Virus record (IMG/VR): IMGVR_UViG_3300025132_000025
Length of the DNA stretch: 20,000 nt
Reading direction: 5' to 3' (one strand)
From: an uncultured virus (IMG/VR IMGVR_UViG_3300025132_000025)
Taxonomy: Duplodnaviria; Heunggongvirae; Uroviricota; Caudoviricetes
In this document: positions 16,025 to 20,000 of the stretch, one piece after another
How the letters are laid out: every line of letters starts with the position of its first letter
Position numbering within the stretch: the first letter of the stretch is position 1
Program-made: the position numbers and the translations under genes
The notes under the pieces: model-generated
Told to the model about the DNA's origin: nothing
The model's input: only the letters and a program-made list of their open reading frames with translations
Databases searched by the model: none

Positions 16025-18449
16025 GGACTTTCACCTTATTCTTTTTTTGTTTTTTGAATTTTACAACAGCTTTATTTTTAAATCTAAGATATTCTCTAAG
16101 AAGTAAAAATACTTCTTTACTAGGAATAGATTTTTCATATGCACCATCATTTTGGGCAAAACTTAAATGCTTAAGCAGATCTAAATCTTTAGAATAATCA
16201 GAAAGTTCTTTAAGATTCTGAAGCATTCTATGGTTTACACAATCTGAAGTTTTACACAGTTCAGCCATTTGTTGTTCATCAGATCTATTTAAATATCTAA
16301 ATTGCTCATAATTCTCTTCATGATTCTCCTTAAGTTCTCTCCATTTATAATATAAATCAGAGTTTAACTTTTCAAAGCACGAATAGAAAAAGACATCATC
16401 TACCGATTCTCTAGTAAGTTTAGCTGTGTACCATTTTTTTAATATAGGATGTTTCATAGTAAACATATCTTTAACGTTAATAAACTTAGTCATTTGCTTA
16501 TTTAATGTTGCCGCAACTTTAAGAATTACCACAGGAAATTCTTCTACATTTAAACTACTAGAACTATACCCTCGTCTATCAGGATACAATCCAGCTTGTT
16601 CACATAGAGCAGCCACACTTCTTAGCAGGTCATTTTCTTTTGAGTTACCCCAAATAACTATACCTTTGTTTTCTTCTACATATTTTTCTAAATCATGAAT
16701 ATGATATTCGTCATTGCTAAATGCAGTTTTATCACGATCATTATATCTATCTTTAAAATAAATACGTCTCAGAAAAGCTTTACCAAGTCTTTTACGTCTT
16801 TCAGCTTCAGTTTCGAAGGTTCCTACATCTTCACTTAAATCCGCATCAGGTACTACAGAATCATAACATTCTGTAACAATGTTATCAATATAAGTACTCA
16901 TAGCTTCAAAATCAGAATCTATTTCAGCAGTAGTTCGCACATGATCATCTGAACTCCAGAATCCCATATTATTTTCTTTATCATAATGATTCGAATCTAA
17001 TTGAAACTCTTTTCTTATCTGAATAAAACCATTTGGATGTTTATTAGCTAAATGAAAATCTTTAGTTTTTGTAAACACCTTTCTAGGATCTCCAGTTGCA
17101 GGATCAGGTTGAACATGATAATAAATAGGTAAATTATAAAAGTCTTCTATTTTGGGGTTAGGCTTACTTAATTTATAACCACCAACATAATTAGTATTAC
17201 CTTCTTTTTTTACTTTATTTATACTAAAACCACGAAACAGTTGAAAAGCTCTGCTATCATCATCAAAGAAATCTCTACTAAGAGTTTTTCCATGAAGATT
17301 ACAAGAAGGAGCTTTATCTTTTAGTTTAGCAAGATAAGATTGAACAGAAAACGTACTAGTAAAACTAGTTCTCCACCTATTACCATCATTTTTAGTCAAA
17401 GAATGTGCTTGAGTTAACCAAGTAGTAAAATTATCACACTTAGCTAATTCATCTTGACACAACTTTTTCATTTCTTTCTGAATAAGAAGCATCTTTGTTT
17501 TAATAGCATCTTTAGTTTTATCCGTATATCGAATTGCTTCTCTACTAGGAACTAAATCAATTTCACCAACAGCAAATTTAATTGCTGCAGGAATATAGTT
17601 ACTACGCCATTTTATCTGCTCATCTACCATACTTTCATTCAAAGGGTATTTAACTCTACCAACCATTAAATGAAGTTCAGTATCACCATCAGATAAAGAA
17701 ATAGCTACATTATCATCTTCATAACTTATTTCAGCAAGTTCAGCTCTTCTACCAGCACCTTCCTCTATATTTATAAATTCTAGGTTTTGGAAATAAGTTA
17801 ATTGACTATTAATAGCTTTTACAAAGTTTTTTATATCTCTATAAGAATCTTCTTGATTAATAGGGATAATAACTTCTGTAGAATTCAATTCAGTTGTCTC
17901 TGATTGTTTTAACAGATCCATATGAAATGCATCATTACCTCTATATAACATATAACTAAACTTTTGACCGTTATGGTTAGTTATTATATAGAATGTATCA
18001 GTGTACGAGAAAGGTGACTTAGCACCAATACCGAAACCACCAATTTGATGATTGTTATCTCTTTTAGTTGAATTACCAAATAGAGTATAAATTTCTTCTA
18101 CACGTTTTTTACTAAGGCCTACGCCATAGTCACGGAATAGGAACGCATTACCTATACCAAGTAATATATTCTCTTCCTGGAATTCTATTTGTACAGTTTT
18201 GTTGGGAGAAAACCATTCTTTTTGATCTTCAGCTGTCATTGGAATAACATGCTTAAGTTTAAGATCTTTTTCTCTCATAGCATCATAACAATTAGATGTT
18301 ACTTCACGCACAATAGAACCGATAGGGTCAGAATATAAATTAATCAATGAGTCTATAATAATACCCATTGAGTCTTCACCAATTTTAAATTTATTGGTTT
18401 TCACATCACCGATGATTTCATCGACTACATGTTCTCTAACTATTTTCAT
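16011..18449 (-). CDS. rIIA: RIIA-like protein with N-terminal GHKL (Hsp90-like) ATPase domain
   Basis: LYSDPIGSIVREVTSNCYDA (N box), DYGVGL (G1), STKR, GGFGIGAKSPFSY (G2) and GEIDLVPSREAIRY. Adjacent to rIIB; ATGA overlap with the primase stop. Confidence 0.9.
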   Translation of the reverse strand: MKIVREHVVDEIIGDVKTNKFKIGEDSMGIIIDSLINLYSDPIGSIVREVTSNCYDAMREKDLKLKHVIPMTAEDQKEWFSPNKTVQIEFQEENILLGIGNAFLFRDYGVGLSKKRVEEIYTLFGNSTKRDNNHQIGGFGIGAKSPFSYTDTFYIITNHNGQKFSYMLYRGNDAFHMDLLKQSETTELNSTEVIIPINQEDSYRDIKNFVKAINSQLTYFQNLEFINIEEGAGRRAELAEISYEDDNVAISLSDGDTELHLMVGRVKYPLNESMVDEQIKWRSNYIPAAIKFAVGEIDLVPSREAIRYTDKTKDAIKTKMLLIQKEMKKLCQDELAKCDNFTTWLTQAHSLTKNDGNRWRTSFTSTFSVQSYLAKLKDKAPSCNLHGKTLSRDFFDDDSRAFQLFRGFSINKVKKEGNTNYVGGYKLSKPNPKIEDFYNLPIYYHVQPDPATGDPRKVFTKTKDFHLANKHPNGFIQIRKEFQLDSNHYDKENNMGFWSSDDHVRTTAEIDSDFEAMSTYIDNIVTECYDSVVPDADLSEDVGTFETEAERRKRLGKAFLRRIYFKDRYNDRDKTAFSNDEYHIHDLEKYVEENKGIVIWGNSKENDLLRSVAALCEQAGLYPDRRGYSSSSLNVEEFPVVILKVAATLNKQMTKFINVKDMFTMKHPILKKWYTAKLTRESVDDVFFYSCFEKLNSDLYYKWRELKENHEENYEQFRYLNRSDEQQMAELCKTSDCVNHRMLQNLKELSDYSKDLDLLKHLSFAQNDGAYEKSIPSKEVFLLLREYLRFKNKAVVKFKKQKKNKVKVLASV

Positions 18450-19459
18450 AATATTAATTTATTTATTTTACATTTACTTTCTTCAGCAGTATGATCATTT
18501 CTAAAATCAGAAATATCTTTGTATCCATTGTTTCTAGTTTTAAAATCTTGTAAGAATATAGGTTTAAAACCATATTTCTTTTTAAGATTATTAGCACCTT
18601 TCACACCGGTTAAATCAAAATCATTTAAGATATATACCTTATTAAATCTCTCATATAACTCTCGGGCTACAGTATCTTTGATACTAGTAATTTCATTCTG
18701 CAACGCAGCACTGATAAATCCAAGGCTCCTAAGAACCATTACATCTTTCAGTGATTTTGTGATAATTATTAACTCACCTCTTTCAGGTAATTGATCCCAA
18801 CCTTGGAATATAGTTCGATTAGTATTACTCATCCATTTATGACCGGTAAGGGATAATGGACGGTAAATCTTCCAAGTATATGTATTATCCTTATAAAACA
18901 AATAACCATATATAGGATCATTGTGTTTATAATAACCTACTACTTTATCTCCTACAAATACACATTTACATGAAAAGACATTATAATATTTAAGAATTTC
19001 TTCTGTTATACCATATTGTCCCCAATAGTGTTTATCTGTAAAAGTTAAAGATTGAGTTTTAACATTAATACTTTTTTTTGCATCGAACTTTAATTCTTTG
19101 ATTGCGGTTTTAAATCCATCAAAAGGTTTATGCGCAACGTCTCGTTTATCATACATTAAGTCTAATTTAAAATCTTCACATATTCTAATTAAACAAGAAT
19201 AAAAGTCAATATTAAATAGTTGCTGTACAAAGCTGAAAACATCACCAGTATCTCCAGTACCAAAGTCTTTAAACCTTAGAGTTCCTTTACGATCAGTAAA
19301 GACAGAGAAGCTTGGTTTGTCATCTTGTCGGAGCGGACTGCTCATTACAGCGCCAGACTTAAAATCACATCCTAAATAATAACTAAATATTTGATATTCA
19401 CTTATTTTATTTAGAACATTGTCTTTATTTAACGAAAGCGTTATTTTATAGAGTCCCAT
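18446..19459 (-). CDS. dnaG: DnaG-type DNA primase (crAss-like), degenerate zinc-binding domain plus TOPRIM
   Basis: N-terminal SPLRQDDKPSF...FKDFGTGDTGDVFSFV (CHC2-like fold without Cys/His), TOPRIM IITKSLKDVM...NDFDLTG, C-terminal KDISD. Confidence 0.85.
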   Translation of the reverse strand: MGLYKITLSLNKDNVLNKISEYQIFSYYLGCDFKSGAVMSSPLRQDDKPSFSVFTDRKGTLRFKDFGTGDTGDVFSFVQQLFNIDFYSCLIRICEDFKLDLMYDKRDVAHKPFDGFKTAIKELKFDAKKSINVKTQSLTFTDKHYWGQYGITEEILKYYNVFSCKCVFVGDKVVGYYKHNDPIYGYLFYKDNTYTWKIYRPLSLTGHKWMSNTNRTIFQGWDQLPERGELIIITKSLKDVMVLRSLGFISAALQNEITSIKDTVARELYERFNKVYILNDFDLTGVKGANNLKKKYGFKPIFLQDFKTRNNGYKDISDFRNDHTAEESKCKINKLIL

Positions 19460-19465
19460 TTGTAA

Positions 19466-19527
19466 ATAGATCAGAAGAGTTCAGGGAGGTACATAGAGAA
19501 TGAAACCTATGAACTCTTCTTTTCTAT
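19466..19527 (-). promoter_or_regulatory. Intergenic imperfect hairpin B (between the SSB-like gene and primase)
   Basis: Perfect 10-bp inverted repeat AGAAGAGTTC (19473-19482)/GAACTCTTCT (19511-19520), outer ATAGA/TCTAT and inner CATAG/CTATG, with a bulge containing CCUCC on the minus-strand RNA. Confidence 0.6.
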
Positions 19528-19539
19528 CGAATCATCTAC

Positions 19540-19998
19540 CTAAAACGGTAGACCAGATTCTGCAGGCTCCGTTGCTGCACCATTAGATGGAGCAGTAGAG
19601 GTTAAAGATGCAGGATTATCAGCCTCATCTTTTTCCATTTTATCAAAGCTAGTTATGTTTAACCTTGATTTATCACTAGCTACCTGATCTAATACTTCCA
19701 TAAATGGAACATATTTAGGAACAGATACATAGTTATTATAACTATAAACAGTTTTCATTCTTAGTTTTTTACCTACATAAGAATTACCAAGAAGCGCAAT
19801 TACTTGATTACAAAAACCATCAAAATCTTGAGCATTAATAGTAACTTTATCTTCAGCTAAAAACTTAGTCATAATATGCTTAACTCTCTTCATTTGAGAA
19901 GTCATTTTCTTTTCCCATCCCTCATTAGCTGTATCGATAGGCCATTCTAAGTGACTTAGATTAGCACCTTCGCTATCAGTAAAAGAGAATTTAAGAAA
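19540..19998 (-). CDS. Putative single-stranded DNA-binding protein (5'-partial; starts beyond the window)
   Basis: The frame stays open past the ATG at 19905 to the window edge (FLKFSFTDSEGANLSHLEWP...). It has a flexible low-complexity tail ending GLPF, like the LPF/IPF tail of SSBs, and sits directly upstream of the primase. Confidence 0.6.
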   Translation of the reverse strand, partial: FLKFSFTDSEGANLSHLEWPIDTANEGWEKKMTSQMKRVKHIMTKFLAEDKVTINAQDFDGFCNQVIALLGNSYVGKKLRMKTVYSYNNYVSVPKYVPFMEVLDQVASDKSRLNITSFDKMEKDEADNPASLTSTAPSNGAATEPAESGLPF

Positions 19999-20000
19999 AC

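Noticed and set aside
12594..18794. Other nested antisense ORFs (12594-12785, 15174-15356, 15557-15784, 16426-16698, 18519-18794)
   Set aside because: Each lies entirely opposite a well-supported gene and has no motif or initiation signal.
1..20000. Stop-codon reassignment (TAG to Gln or TGA to Trp), known in some crAss-like phages
   Set aside because: The >4,150-codon ORF and all other genes are intact in code 11. TAA, TAG (12835, 14385, 19540) and TGA (18446) all end genes at sensible positions.

Overview
This is an AT-rich, gene-dense fragment of a crAss-like bacteriophage (Crassvirales or a close relative; host probably Bacteroidota, by inference). The + strand carries a 5'-truncated giant ORF (>4,150 aa). 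It contains a complete-looking two-barrel virion RNA polymerase core (TDAQG, KHS, ESAVK, RIPTQ, GSDFDIDK), two degenerate zincin-like domains, an apparently intact PD-(D/E)xK nuclease and a C-terminal helical region with one hydrophobic segment. A small acidic UVR-motif gene follows it. Converging from the - strand is a tightly coupled replication/recombination block: SSB-like gene (partial), DnaG-type primase, rIIA, rIIB, RusA-like resolvase, RecE/DUF3799-like exonuclease and a hypothetical gene. The most unusual non-coding signal is in the only two sizeable intergenic gaps (14892-14979 and 19460-19539). Each is filled by a related ~62-nt imperfect hairpin that shares sequence blocks, exposes CCUCC, and contains segments complementary to the start-codon region of the gene just downstream. 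On the opposite strand each reads GGAGG-N7/10-ATGAAA ahead of a small ORF. All calls come from reading motifs by eye; no database searches or folding programs were run.
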